Assembly: GCA_964615995.1 (NCBI GenBank)
Contig: CAZTSR010000006.1
Location: 11,055 to 75,054, forward strand
Length of the DNA stretch: 64,000 nt
Reading direction: 5' to 3'
Source of the DNA: an uncultured Bacteroidales bacterium
GTDB lineage: Bacteria > Bacteroidota > Bacteroidia > Bacteroidales > UBA10428
In this document: positions 20,401 to 28,842 of the stretch, piece after piece
How positions within the stretch are numbered: the stretch's first letter is position 1
How the letters are laid out: the number at the start of each line of letters is the position of its first letter
Translations under genes and position numbers: made by a program
Notes under the pieces: generated by a model
Told to the model about the DNA's origin: nothing
The model's database searches: none
What the model saw: only the letters and a program-made list of their open reading frames with translations

Positions 20401-21339
20401 AGCAACAGCAACTAAACCTCCAAAAACAGCCGGAAGAAATATAAAAGGGAAAAGCTTCTTCTTTTTAATGGAGAATGTGATAATCAGCGTAAGCAAAATA
20501 ATTGTAATGGAAAGCGTAAGCCGTATATCCTTTTTCAGGCGTTCAGCGTTGCCCACTCCAATAGCTACAGAGCCAAATATTTCAATTTGCAGGTTCTTAT
20601 GCTCCCCTGTAATTTTCTGAACAGCATCATCAAACTGCCTTAAAAATGTACTGTTTTCAGAAGTCTCATTGGAAGCATAAACCGGTGATACAAACATCAT
20701 CAGATGTTTCAGATCTTTTGAAAAAATGCATCCATTATATATTTTGTAATTCTCATCGTTCTGGTAGGCACCCAGACGCTGCAATGCCATGCTTCCCATT
20801 CCCAATGGATCGCGGATGATCATTTGCTTCATGGAAAAGCTGGCGGGAGAAAGCAGATTATTTAAATCCCTTGAAATGGCTTCTTCAATTTGCGCAGGTT
20901 GCGTTAATGTGTCAAAACGGGCATAATCCTGTTCCTCCAGAAAGAAAGGCAGGTTGGCATTTACCATATTGAACATGGTTTCAATCAGGGTGTCAGCAAC
21001 TTTATAGGTTATGCCTTTTACATAGGGTTGAAAAGCAGTTGATTGAAGTGTGTCAGCTAACAGATCGCCTGATGCAATAAGCTCTTCTGTATTGGATTCA
21101 GAAAGAGAATCTTTTGAAGAAATTGTAATAATGAGCTTATCCAGCATCTTGGATTGTTCAACAACTTTGCTCATAACGCCGGATGAAGAACCACCGGTAA
21201 TCATCCGGGAGATATCTTCTTCAAAACGGATACGGGAACTCAGAAAAACAGCGATGCCTGCAGTAATAATTACGAGTGTAAAAAGTACAAGTCTGCGACG
21301 GCTAAAAAATTTGTAAAGCAAAAGGAATAAGGCATCCAT
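17482..21339 (-). CDS. tri-domain fusion: MMPL/RND-like exporter + PlsC-type (HX4D) acyltransferase + class I SAM methyltransferase
   Basis: 1285-aa uninterrupted ORF. Two multi-TM bundles (about aa 270-410 and 660-800) are typical of 'predicted exporter' MMPL proteins in aryl-polyene clusters. NHQSHID (nt 18601-18621) plus FPEGSRS mark the acyltransferase. VDIGCGYG (nt 17968-17991) is SAM motif I. Confidence 0.8.
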   Translation of the reverse strand: MDALFLLLYKFFSRRRLVLFTLVIITAGIAVFLSSRIRFEEDISRMITGGSSSGVMSKVVEQSKMLDKLIITISSKDSLSESNTEELIASGDLLADTLQSTAFQPYVKGITYKVADTLIETMFNMVNANLPFFLEEQDYARFDTLTQPAQIEEAISRDLNNLLSPASFSMKQMIIRDPLGMGSMALQRLGAYQNDENYKIYNGCIFSKDLKHLMMFVSPVYASNETSENSTFLRQFDDAVQKITGEHKNLQIEIFGSVAIGVGNAERLKKDIRLTLSITIILLTLIITFSIKKKKLFPFIFLPAVFGGLVAVAVLYLVQGKVSVISLSIGTVILAITVDYALHITTHFKHKHSIIDTIRDVSFPIIVCGFATAFEFLTLVFVSSESLHELGILAAVSVVTAAFFTMVVIPHILDATRSKTDETEEKNVLEKVLDKITQYGFEKNKLLLLFMLVYTGIAVIFMNKVGFETDMMKMNYMSDRLKEAENRLNRINDAKLNSVYVVAYGNTLQEALVNNEKILSNTRELKDKGVVKSFSSPGSLLMSDSLQQVKINRWNQFWSGIDRDKFLKIMDEKAVAAGFRPGSFPDFEELVHKQFSLVDSASFKTMEALFFVDNISVTPQLASIVTIVKVDNKGKDETISKLNAIEGSVVIDRKSVLSQIVSSLGTDFNFIANVSLILILLVLIIAFGRIELGVITFIPIFVSWIWTLGFMGILGIKFNIFNIIISSFITGLGIDYSIYIMQGLVQGYTTNNRNLLSYKTCILISVMISISGTGVLILAKHPALYSIALISIFGLLSIVLISYTFQPLLFNYLINKKGQKRKLPVIFSDLVITVIVFSIFLIGCLFMNILLPVVLLLPISSGKKRILLHRGMQFWCKVPVYAMLHIKKQIINPEKETFSKPAFIISNHQSHIDLLLLLMLHPKLIVLTTKWVWNNPIYALVIRYLDYYPVMEGYGDLTGKLKAKMEAGYSIIVFPEGSRSADCSITRFHKGAFLMAQTLKADLLPIFIHGAGDCMNKGENHLRGGSITVKICKRIKPGDALYGADYHEMTRSMLQYYRREYKLLKEQLETPAYFRRMVIRNYVYKGPVIEWYTRIKLLLEHNYEKINSLVPRKATIVDIGCGYGYMSYILGFVSSERTILGIDYDQLKIELAQNCISKTDAIEFVSADAAEYPLPEADIFILSDVLHYLSDEKQDQLINNCMSRLNPGGKILIRDADSDLVKRHRGTRYTEFFSTRSGFNKAKDNQLFFFSSGKLKMHAENKGFEMETIDQSRFTSNFLYVLKKK

Positions 21340-21341
21340 AA

Positions 21342-22493
21342 TTATTCAGCATGAGCTGGTTTCTTCCGGTACAGGGTTAATAAAACGTATGTGAGTAGGC
21401 CAAAAAATAATGCTGCAATGATAGCAAAAGCTATGGAGCCCACAATGTATTGCAGGATGTTTTCCTTGAACCATGCCGGAGTAATATCACTGGTAAAGGA
21501 AATTGAATGATTGTTTGACATGAACAATCCTCCTGTAATGTAGCTCAGATATACAATAACAGCAGTTAATGGGAATATACTGATATTTGCGGCAAGTATT
21601 ACAATGATTACATTGAGCCGGAAAAAATAAGCCAGACCGATTGCTGATACAAGCTGATACCCCCAAATAGGAATAATGCCCATAAAAACACCGAGCATGA
21701 CAGAAAGTGTGATTTTTTTGGTAGAATCATTGGTACGCAGCAGGTGTTTATTAATGATCTGTTTAAGATGATCCTTTTTAAAAAACCGGATAAACTGAAG
21801 GGGTTTTATATAAAACAGGGCTGCCAGAACGCAGATTGTATTTAAAATACTAATGCGTACAAAATCCCGGAATGGCCTGAAATGGCTGATTCTTTCGCTT
21901 TTTTCGGGATAATAAACGTTTATGGGGATATGGGTAACCGGAATTTTTCTCCACGCACACCGGATCAGCACCTCCAGTTCAAATTCATACTTACCCGAAA
22001 AAAAATTCATTTTGTTTACGGAGTCAAGCGGATAAAGCCGAAAGCCCGATTGTGTATCAGGAAGTGATATTCCGGAAATAAAGGAAAACCAGAAGTTGCT
22101 AAATTTATTTGCAAATCCGCTTCCTTTTCTGAGTTTTTCTTCAGGCAGTTTCCTGGAACCTACGATCAGTGCGTCCGGGAGCTCATTTATCTTCGCTATA
22201 AAAGCTGGAATATCGCTTGCCAGATGCTGACCATCCGAATCCATTGTAATTGCATACCGGTATCCGTCTGCAAATGCCTGTTTAAATCCTTGTAACAATG
22301 CAAATCCCTTCCCTTTGTTTACAGGGTAACTTATTACCTTAACATCAGGATATTGATTCAGAATGGTAGTCGTCTGATCAGTAGATCCATCATTGACGAC
22401 AATAATATCGGAAGTATAATGCAGAACATCCCGGATCACATGATCCAGGGTTTTGCTGTTATTATAAGTTGGAATTACCACACACCATTTCAT
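21342..22493 (-). CDS. glycosyltransferase family 2 fused to a DUF2062-type membrane domain
   Basis: From the internal Met: MKWCVVIPTYNNSKTL...VNDGSTDQT...MDSDGQH (GT-A). The C-terminal TM region resembles DUF2062. I prefer the start at 22493, because the track's extra 33 aa look non-coding. Confidence 0.75.
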   Translation of the reverse strand: MKWCVVIPTYNNSKTLDHVIRDVLHYTSDIIVVNDGSTDQTTTILNQYPDVKVISYPVNKGKGFALLQGFKQAFADGYRYAITMDSDGQHLASDIPAFIAKINELPDALIVGSRKLPEEKLRKGSGFANKFSNFWFSFISGISLPDTQSGFRLYPLDSVNKMNFFSGKYEFELEVLIRCAWRKIPVTHIPINVYYPEKSERISHFRPFRDFVRISILNTICVLAALFYIKPLQFIRFFKKDHLKQIINKHLLRTNDSTKKITLSVMLGVFMGIIPIWGYQLVSAIGLAYFFRLNVIIVILAANISIFPLTAVIVYLSYITGGLFMSNNHSISFTSDITPAWFKENILQYIVGSIAFAIIAALFFGLLTYVLLTLYRKKPAHAE

Positions 22494-22560
22494 CGCCTCG
22501 GGATGCCGTCTTCTTAAGTGGCTTAAGTTAGCGGCGCAAATATAATTAATTAAATGAATT

Positions 22561-22590
22561 GCGTAATGATGATATGTCTCATCATTACGC
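22561..22590 (-). terminator. perfect 12-bp hairpin between the beta-barrel gene and the GT2 gene (terminator or attenuator-like)
   Basis: gcgtaatgatga (22561-22572), loop tatgtc, tcatcattacgc (22579-22590). It sits 17 nt after the stop at 22607. The downstream minus-strand sequence is AT-rich but has no clean U-run. Confidence 0.4.
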
Positions 22591-22606
22591 ATTCAAAAGG
22601 AATGAA

Positions 22607-23326
22607 TTATCTGTAGGATTTCTTTTTATGGAAAGAAAAGATGACACCTATCTGACCACCGATATAATCAAGGGTGATTCCTTCATGCTCATCCATTACA
22701 CCCCATCTGGCTTCAGAGTCGGTTGCTTTTGTATATCTGAATGCTCCATAGGGCTGCATGTTAATATTTTTAAACTGCATACTGTAACCCAGTTGAACTT
22801 TGAAACCGGGGGCTGAAGCGCTAAATTCCTTAAATTTCAGGAAACTGTAATTGACACCGGCACCAATGAAAAAAGCATTGCGTCCGGATTTTCCTGGAAT
22901 GTAAAAGTTCGTGGAAATTTCAGGAGATAGTCTGTTATAGGAAAAAGAAAGATTATCACTCCCGTTTGTAACGGTTACGAATTTCGGTGCCATGTCATAC
23001 TCCAGCAAAGCATTAAAATCAATGTTTTTGAGCCGGTAAGTGATTCCTCCTTTTATTTCCAGATACATGTAAATATCAGCATTTACAGTATAATACGAAG
23101 CAAGAAGGTCCTCCTGTATGTAATCGTTTACTTCCTGGGGATAAAAGAATCCGATGCCTATTCCAAAGGTTGGATACACCAAATTCCCTTCAGAAGAGGC
23201 AGGTTTCGTGGAACCTGATTCCTGGCTGTATGCCGGAAATGAAATCAAACATAATAAAACAAACACGCCAAATAGTTTTGAAACGCTCTGTAAAATACAG
23301 ATAGAAGCATTCTGTTGGGTTCTCAT
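22607..23326 (-). CDS. outer-membrane beta-barrel (porin-family) protein
   Basis: From Met31: signal peptide ...VLLCLISFPAYSQ. Alternating hydrophobic beta-strand pattern, aromatic-rich, and a C-terminal ...GVIFSF strand. The track start at 23416 probably over-extends. Confidence 0.6.
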   Translation of the reverse strand: MRTQQNASICILQSVSKLFGVFVLLCLISFPAYSQESGSTKPASSEGNLVYPTFGIGIGFFYPQEVNDYIQEDLLASYYTVNADIYMYLEIKGGITYRLKNIDFNALLEYDMAPKFVTVTNGSDNLSFSYNRLSPEISTNFYIPGKSGRNAFFIGAGVNYSFLKFKEFSASAPGFKVQLGYSMQFKNINMQPYGAFRYTKATDSEARWGVMDEHEGITLDYIGGQIGVIFSFHKKKSYR

Positions 23327-23547
23327 AGGTAATTGGTTAAAGTGTATAATTATAGTTATGAAATTATTACGAATACTCATAAAAATTGTTCTCTTTTCAT
23401 GGTTGAAATCACGCAAATCTACCTGACGGCTCGAAAGTTAATATAATTATTTCCATATAAACTAAATTTTTTATTATTTTGCAGCCGTTTTTAAGAAACC
23501 CAACCCAATTTATAAAAAAAATACAAGCACTTAATTTTACTCCGTAA

Positions 23548-25086
23548 ATGTTTACTATAGGCGAACGAAAAATAACGCTGAATGATTACCAACATGTTCT
23601 GAATGAAAACGAAAAAGTAGAACTTCATAAACATGCACAAGATCGGATCGAAACCAGCTTCAGCTTCCTTGAATCATTTTATAAAAATAAAATAATATAC
23701 GGAATTACGACTGGTCTGGGTCCCATGGCTCAATACAAAATCGACGAAGCCGACCGTTTGAAATTACATTATAACGCTATACGCAGCCACGCATCAGGTT
23801 GCGGTCCTGCAGTTGAACCAGTTTATGTCAGAAGTGCGATGATTACGCTTCTGAGTAATTTCTCCCAGGGATATTCAGGCATGCATCCTGAAGTGGTAGA
23901 GCTTATTAAAAACATGGTGAATCTCGAGATTGTTCCCATGGTTCCTGAACACGGTAGTGTTGGTGCCAGTGGCGACCTGGTTCAATTGGCGCATATTGCG
24001 CTTACGCTGATTGGCGAAGGCGAAGTTATTTATAAGGGCAAAACAATCCCCACCGCTGAAGCATTTGCTGCAAATAATCTGAAGCCTATTTCCATCCATG
24101 TTCGTGAAGGGCTTTCTCTTATAAATGGCACATCGTTTATGACTGGTACCGGAATGGTGAATCTTCTTCATGCCAAAAATTTGGTAAACTGGGGTATTAC
24201 CGTCGCTGCCATGATTAATGAAATCGTTCGGTCATTTGACGACTATTTTTCAGAAGAGCTCAATGGTGTAAAACAGCATAAAGGTCAAAACCTTGTCGCT
24301 GAAAAGGTGAGAAAAATCCTGAAGGACAGCAAGCTCATCCGGAAACGTGAAGAGCATTTTTTCAATGGCAAACACAGTAATGATTATGTAATTGCAGATA
24401 AGGTACAGGAGTATTATTCCATCCGCTGTGTTCCTCAAATTATTGGTCCTATTATGGATACCATTGAATATGCGGAATCCGTGCTCACTAATGAAGCGAA
24501 TTCGGCAAGCGATAACCCTGTAATTTATGCCAGCAAAAACAATATTTTCCATGGAGGAAATTTTCACGGAGATTATATTTCCTTCGAAATGGATAAATTG
24601 AAAATTGCGATTACAAAGTTGTCCATGCTTTTCGAAAGGCAGATTAATTATATGATGAACGACCGGCTCAATAACAAACTGCCTCCTTTTGTAAACCTGG
24701 GCAAACTGGGAGTTAATTTCGGAATGCAGGGTGCACAATTTACTGCAACTTCAACTGTAGCTGAGAATCAAACACTTTCATTTCCGAATTACGTTCATAG
24801 CATATCCAATAACAACGACAACCAGGATATCGTCAGCATGGGTACCAACTCTGCACAGTTTGCCAAAAAAGTAATTGATAACGCATACCAGGTATTGGCT
24901 ATCGAGCTGATTACTTTATTGCAGGCCATTGATTATTTAAATATTGAATCGAGAATGTCATCTCATACAAGCGAGAAATACCGTCAATTGCGTATGGTGG
25001 TGCCTCGTTTTGAAGAAGACACCATTAAATATCTTGAGATCAAGAAAATTAAAGACTATATTTATACACAATTCATCACCATCTAA
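23548..25086 (+). CDS. aromatic amino acid ammonia-lyase (HAL/PAL/TAL family; tyrosine ammonia-lyase expected from context)
   Basis: MIO-forming Ala-Ser-Gly triad in GSVGASGDLVQLAHIAL. 512 aa. Sits at the head of the polyene module, like the TAL reported for flexirubin initiation. Confidence 0.9.
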   Translation: MFTIGERKITLNDYQHVLNENEKVELHKHAQDRIETSFSFLESFYKNKIIYGITTGLGPMAQYKIDEADRLKLHYNAIRSHASGCGPAVEPVYVRSAMITLLSNFSQGYSGMHPEVVELIKNMVNLEIVPMVPEHGSVGASGDLVQLAHIALTLIGEGEVIYKGKTIPTAEAFAANNLKPISIHVREGLSLINGTSFMTGTGMVNLLHAKNLVNWGITVAAMINEIVRSFDDYFSEELNGVKQHKGQNLVAEKVRKILKDSKLIRKREEHFFNGKHSNDYVIADKVQEYYSIRCVPQIIGPIMDTIEYAESVLTNEANSASDNPVIYASKNNIFHGGNFHGDYISFEMDKLKIAITKLSMLFERQINYMMNDRLNNKLPPFVNLGKLGVNFGMQGAQFTATSTVAENQTLSFPNYVHSISNNNDNQDIVSMGTNSAQFAKKVIDNAYQVLAIELITLLQAIDYLNIESRMSSHTSEKYRQLRMVVPRFEEDTIKYLEIKKIKDYIYTQFITI

Positions 25087-25100
25087 ATCCTTTGTTTATT

Positions 25101-25829
25101 ATGAAATTTGCACTTGTAACCGGTGGTTCGAGGGGAATAGGAAAAGCGATTTGCATCAAGCTTGCCGGCATGGGTTATCATGTGCTTATAAATTACTTAA
25201 GAAATGAAGAAGAAGCGGGTAATACCCTCAAGGCCATTCAGGAACTGGGAGGTGAAGGATCTTTGCTTCAGTTTGATGTTACACGGCATGAGGAGGTTGA
25301 AGAAGCCTTAAGTAAATGGCAGGAACAACATCCGGATGCCTACATTGAAGTTTTAATCAATAATGCCGGCATTCGTAAAGATACATTGATGATGTGGATG
25401 GAAAACAGCCACTGGCAGGATGTACTCAACACAAATCTCAATGGTTTCTTTTATGCCACACGTTTTGTTTTGAAAAACATGCTGGTAAATAAATACGGCA
25501 GAATTGTAAATGTGGTTTCTTTGTCGGGTTTAAAGGGACTTCCGGGACAGGTAAATTATTCCGCTGCAAAAGCTGGCGTAATTGGAGCTACAAAAGCACT
25601 TGCCCAGGAAATTGGTAAGAAGAAGGTTACCGTGAACGCTGTCGCACCTGGTTTTATTAAAACCGACATGACCAAAGACCTTAATGAGAATGAACTAAAA
25701 AACCTTATACCATTAAACCGTTTTGGCCTTCCTGAAGAAGTTGCTGACGTAGTGTGCTTTCTTGCATCAGAAAAAGCTTCCTATATTACAGGTGAGGTGA
25801 TTTCTATTAATGGTGGATTATATACCTAA
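25101..25829 (+). CDS. fabG: 3-oxoacyl-ACP reductase (SDR)
   Basis: MKFALVTGGSRGIGKA, NNAG and YSAAKAG motifs. ATG at 25101 is preferred over the track's TTG at 25092. Confidence 0.9.
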   Translation: MKFALVTGGSRGIGKAICIKLAGMGYHVLINYLRNEEEAGNTLKAIQELGGEGSLLQFDVTRHEEVEEALSKWQEQHPDAYIEVLINNAGIRKDTLMMWMENSHWQDVLNTNLNGFFYATRFVLKNMLVNKYGRIVNVVSLSGLKGLPGQVNYSAAKAGVIGATKALAQEIGKKKVTVNAVAPGFIKTDMTKDLNENELKNLIPLNRFGLPEEVADVVCFLASEKASYITGEVISINGGLYT

Positions 25830-25848
25830 TTTTTGCTGTCGTTTACTT

Positions 25849-27072
25849 ATGAACAGGGTTGTTATTACAGGTATCGGTGTTTACTCATCCATCGGTAAAA
25901 ATCTTGGAGAAGTTAAAGATTCCCTATATATGGGAAAATCCGGGATTGTTCTGGATGAAGAGCGTAAATCTTATGGATACCAGTCAGGTCTTACCGGGAA
26001 ACTCGAACGTCCCAATCTTAAAGGCATACTTGATCGCCGTTCACGTGTTTGCATGCCCGATCATGCTGAATATGCTTATGTATCCACTGCAGAAGCAATT
26101 GCAATGTCGGGCCTTACGGAGGCTTTTTTCGAACAAAATGAAGTGGGCATTATTTTTGGTAATGACAGTTCCACACCTTCCGTCATACTGAGTGCCGACA
26201 TCATTCGTGAAAAAAGGGATACTTCATTGGTTGGATCCGGTGCAGTATTTCAGTCGATGAACTCGTCGGTAACCATGAATTTATCAGTGATATTCAGGCT
26301 GCGTGGGGTAAATTTCACATTAAGTGGCGCCTGCGCCAGCGGATCTCATGCTATTGGAATGGGATTTCATATGGTACGACACGGTTACCAGGATTGTATT
26401 GTCTGCGGAGGATCACAGGAAGTAAATCTTTTCTGTGTAGGCAGTTTTGATGCGCTGGGAGCATTTTCGAAGCAGGAATCAAATCCTGCTGGTGCCTCCA
26501 AGCCTTTTGACAAGAACAGAGACGGCTTGGTACCCAGTGGCGGCGCAGCAACTGTAATCCTTGAAAGTTATGAGCACGCAGTAAAAAGAGGTGCTCCTAT
26601 TATTGCTGAAGTTTTAGGCTATGGATTTTCATCTGACGGAAAACATATTTCCGTTCCGGATGTGGATGGCCCGATTCGTGCTATTTCTATGGCTTTAAAG
26701 GATGCAAGCATGCAACCTGAGCAGATTGATTATATTAACGCACACGCAACTTCAACACCCATTGGTGATCTAAACGAAGCCAAAGCAATTGATCATGTGT
26801 TCGGAAGGGTAAAACCATTGGTTTCTTCAACAAAATCAATGACAGGTCACGAAATGTGGATGGCCGGAGCCAGTGAAGTTATTTATTCGATCTTAATGAT
26901 GCAGAATTCTTTTGTGGCTCCAAATATCAATTTCAGGGAACCTGATGAATTCACCGCCAAACTGAACATTGCATCAAAAACAACACCTCATGTGATCAAT
27001 ACTTTCCTTTCCAATTCGTTTGGATTTGGAGGAACGAATTCGTCACTGATTATTTCAAAATTTAAAAATTAA
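25849..27072 (+). CDS. beta-ketoacyl-ACP synthase (KAS I/II type, active-site Cys present)
   Basis: MNRVVITGIGVYSS, active-site context SGACASGSHAIGMG, HATSTP and GHEMWMAG His motifs, C-terminal NSFGFGGTNSSLI. Confidence 0.9.
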   Translation: MNRVVITGIGVYSSIGKNLGEVKDSLYMGKSGIVLDEERKSYGYQSGLTGKLERPNLKGILDRRSRVCMPDHAEYAYVSTAEAIAMSGLTEAFFEQNEVGIIFGNDSSTPSVILSADIIREKRDTSLVGSGAVFQSMNSSVTMNLSVIFRLRGVNFTLSGACASGSHAIGMGFHMVRHGYQDCIVCGGSQEVNLFCVGSFDALGAFSKQESNPAGASKPFDKNRDGLVPSGGAATVILESYEHAVKRGAPIIAEVLGYGFSSDGKHISVPDVDGPIRAISMALKDASMQPEQIDYINAHATSTPIGDLNEAKAIDHVFGRVKPLVSSTKSMTGHEMWMAGASEVIYSILMMQNSFVAPNINFREPDEFTAKLNIASKTTPHVINTFLSNSFGFGGTNSSLIISKFKN

Positions 27073-27092
27073 CATACTTCATTTGAATCAAT

Positions 27093-27341
27093 ATGACTAA
27101 AGAAGAAATCGCCGGAATCATTAAGAAATTTCTCATAGATGAATTTGAAATAGATGAGGAGAAAATTACTCCCGAAGCGCATCTAAAAGACGATTTGGGC
27201 TTGGAAAGTCTCGACTTTGTTGATATTGCCGTAATTGTGCAGAAAGAATTCGGACTTACCCTGAAAGGCGAAGAAATGACAGCCATCCGGACACTGGATG
27301 ACCTTTATGGATATATCCACAATTGTATCAGTAAGAAATAG
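27093..27341 (+). CDS. acyl carrier protein
   Basis: 82 aa with the phosphopantetheine attachment context DDLGLESLDFVDI. Confidence 0.85.
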   Translation: MTKEEIAGIIKKFLIDEFEIDEEKITPEAHLKDDLGLESLDFVDIAVIVQKEFGLTLKGEEMTAIRTLDDLYGYIHNCISKK

Positions 27342-27346
27342 CCACT

Positions 27347-28258
27347 GTGGCATCATGGAAAGGTAAAACACGGGGAAACCTTACCGGTTATAAAATATTT
27401 ATTGCTGTTCTCAGATACTCTGGTCTTCCGTTTGCTTATTTTTTGCTACGGTTTGTAGCATTGTATTTTATTGTTGCCGGGCCTGAATCATTCAAACAGA
27501 TTTTTCGGTTTTATCACCACCGGATGGGATATGGCTTTTTCCGCTCCATCATCTTCATTTATCGGAATTATTATAAGTTTGGCCAGATCATTTTGGATAA
27601 AACGGCTACTCTTGCAGGATTTGATGCAAAGTTTACCTTTGATTTCGAGGGAGAGGAACATTTGCGGCAGATGGTTTCAGATGGAAACGGTGGGTTGTTC
27701 ATCAGTGCACATATTGGCAATTTCGAAATGGCCGGACATATGCTCGAACGCATCAATACCCGCGTGAATATCCTGATGCTGGATGCCGAACATGAAAGAA
27801 TTAAAGCCTATCTGTCTTCATTTACAAATAAAAGTTTTCATATTATACCTATTGGTACCGATAATTCACATGTTTATGATCTCAGCGAGGCACTAAAAAA
27901 CCATGAAATTGTGTGCATGCATGGCGACCGGTTTATGCCCGGCAGCAAAACCATCACCTGCAATTTTCTGGGAAAAGTTGCACAAATACCCACCGGCCCC
28001 TTTTATCTGGCTATGAAATATGCAGTACCTGTTTCCTTTGTATTTGCCATGAAAGAAGGAAACCGGCATTATCATTTCTATGCAACCCCACCCCGCTATT
28101 ATGCGCAGCAATCGAGTCTTTCCAAAAGAGACAACATGCTCCATGAAATGGTTCAGGATTACATGGAAGAAGTAACTCAAAAAATCAGAAGATATCCCGA
28201 TCAGTGGTTCAATTATTATGATTTTTGGCAACCTGTGAATCAGCAACCACTGAAATAA
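27347..28258 (+). CDS. LpxL/HtrB-like lysophospholipid (lipid A-type) acyltransferase
   Basis: N-terminal TM helix, ISAHIGNFEMAG (HX4E/D-type motif of the LABLAT family), 303 aa. Proteobacterial aryl-polyene clusters carry a similar gene. Confidence 0.7.
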   Translation: MASWKGKTRGNLTGYKIFIAVLRYSGLPFAYFLLRFVALYFIVAGPESFKQIFRFYHHRMGYGFFRSIIFIYRNYYKFGQIILDKTATLAGFDAKFTFDFEGEEHLRQMVSDGNGGLFISAHIGNFEMAGHMLERINTRVNILMLDAEHERIKAYLSSFTNKSFHIIPIGTDNSHVYDLSEALKNHEIVCMHGDRFMPGSKTITCNFLGKVAQIPTGPFYLAMKYAVPVSFVFAMKEGNRHYHFYATPPRYYAQQSSLSKRDNMLHEMVQDYMEEVTQKIRRYPDQWFNYYDFWQPVNQQPLK

Positions 28259-28290
28259 CTATATTTGAATAGCTGAAAGAATATTCCTGA

Positions 28291-28710
28291 ATGAATCCTG
28301 AAAGTTATCCCATTCTCGACCTTATTCCACAAAGGCCTCCCATGCAAATGATTGACCGGCTGCTTTATGCTGATGAGAAGTCTGCTAAAGGAGTTCTGTT
28401 TATTAAGGAGTCCAACATCTTTGCTGAACAAGGAAAGCTAAGTGAATCTGCCCTGGTTGAATTTATCGCTCAAACTGCTGCTGCCTATACAGGATATCAT
28501 AGCAAACTGAATGCCGGCAACGTTAAAGAAGGATATATCGGTGCCGTTAAAAATCTTGTTATTGAAAAACTTCCTTTGGTAAACACTGAAATTTATTCTG
28601 AAATTACTGTTGAAAATGAAATCGTCGGATTTACGATCATTCAGGGTAAAATATATGATCAGCAGGAAGTAATCGCATCCTGTGAGATGCGGATCTTATC
28701 AAGATCTTAA
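28291..28710 (+). CDS. hotdog-fold dehydratase-like protein
   Basis: 139 aa. IPQRPPMQMIDRLL...ALVEFIAQTAAAYTGY is typical of the small hotdog proteins in APE/flexirubin clusters. No FabZ-type HFP motif. Confidence 0.6.
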   Translation: MNPESYPILDLIPQRPPMQMIDRLLYADEKSAKGVLFIKESNIFAEQGKLSESALVEFIAQTAAAYTGYHSKLNAGNVKEGYIGAVKNLVIEKLPLVNTEIYSEITVENEIVGFTIIQGKIYDQQEVIASCEMRILSRS

Positions 28711-28842
28711 TTCCTGTTTAACATCATTCGCTTTATTCAAATTTGCGCTTCTTTCTGAAACCCGTTTCCAGATTCCTGCGTATCTGAGAAATATCGAAAC
28801 AATTAGTTAAGTGAATCTATTATACCCAAAACTTTTATTTTC

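Noticed and set aside
22494-22592. N-terminal extensions proposed by the ORF track. This one is on the GT2 gene. Others are 23327-23416 on the beta-barrel gene, 54947-55051 on darA, 14981-15013 on the LysE gene, 25092-25100 on fabG and 25810-25848 on the KS gene.
   Set aside because: Internal Met codons give canonical N-termini (signal peptide, the GT-A 'VVIPTYN' start, the flavodoxin-like start, 'MNRVVITGIG'). The extensions either overlap upstream genes or translate to implausible sequence.
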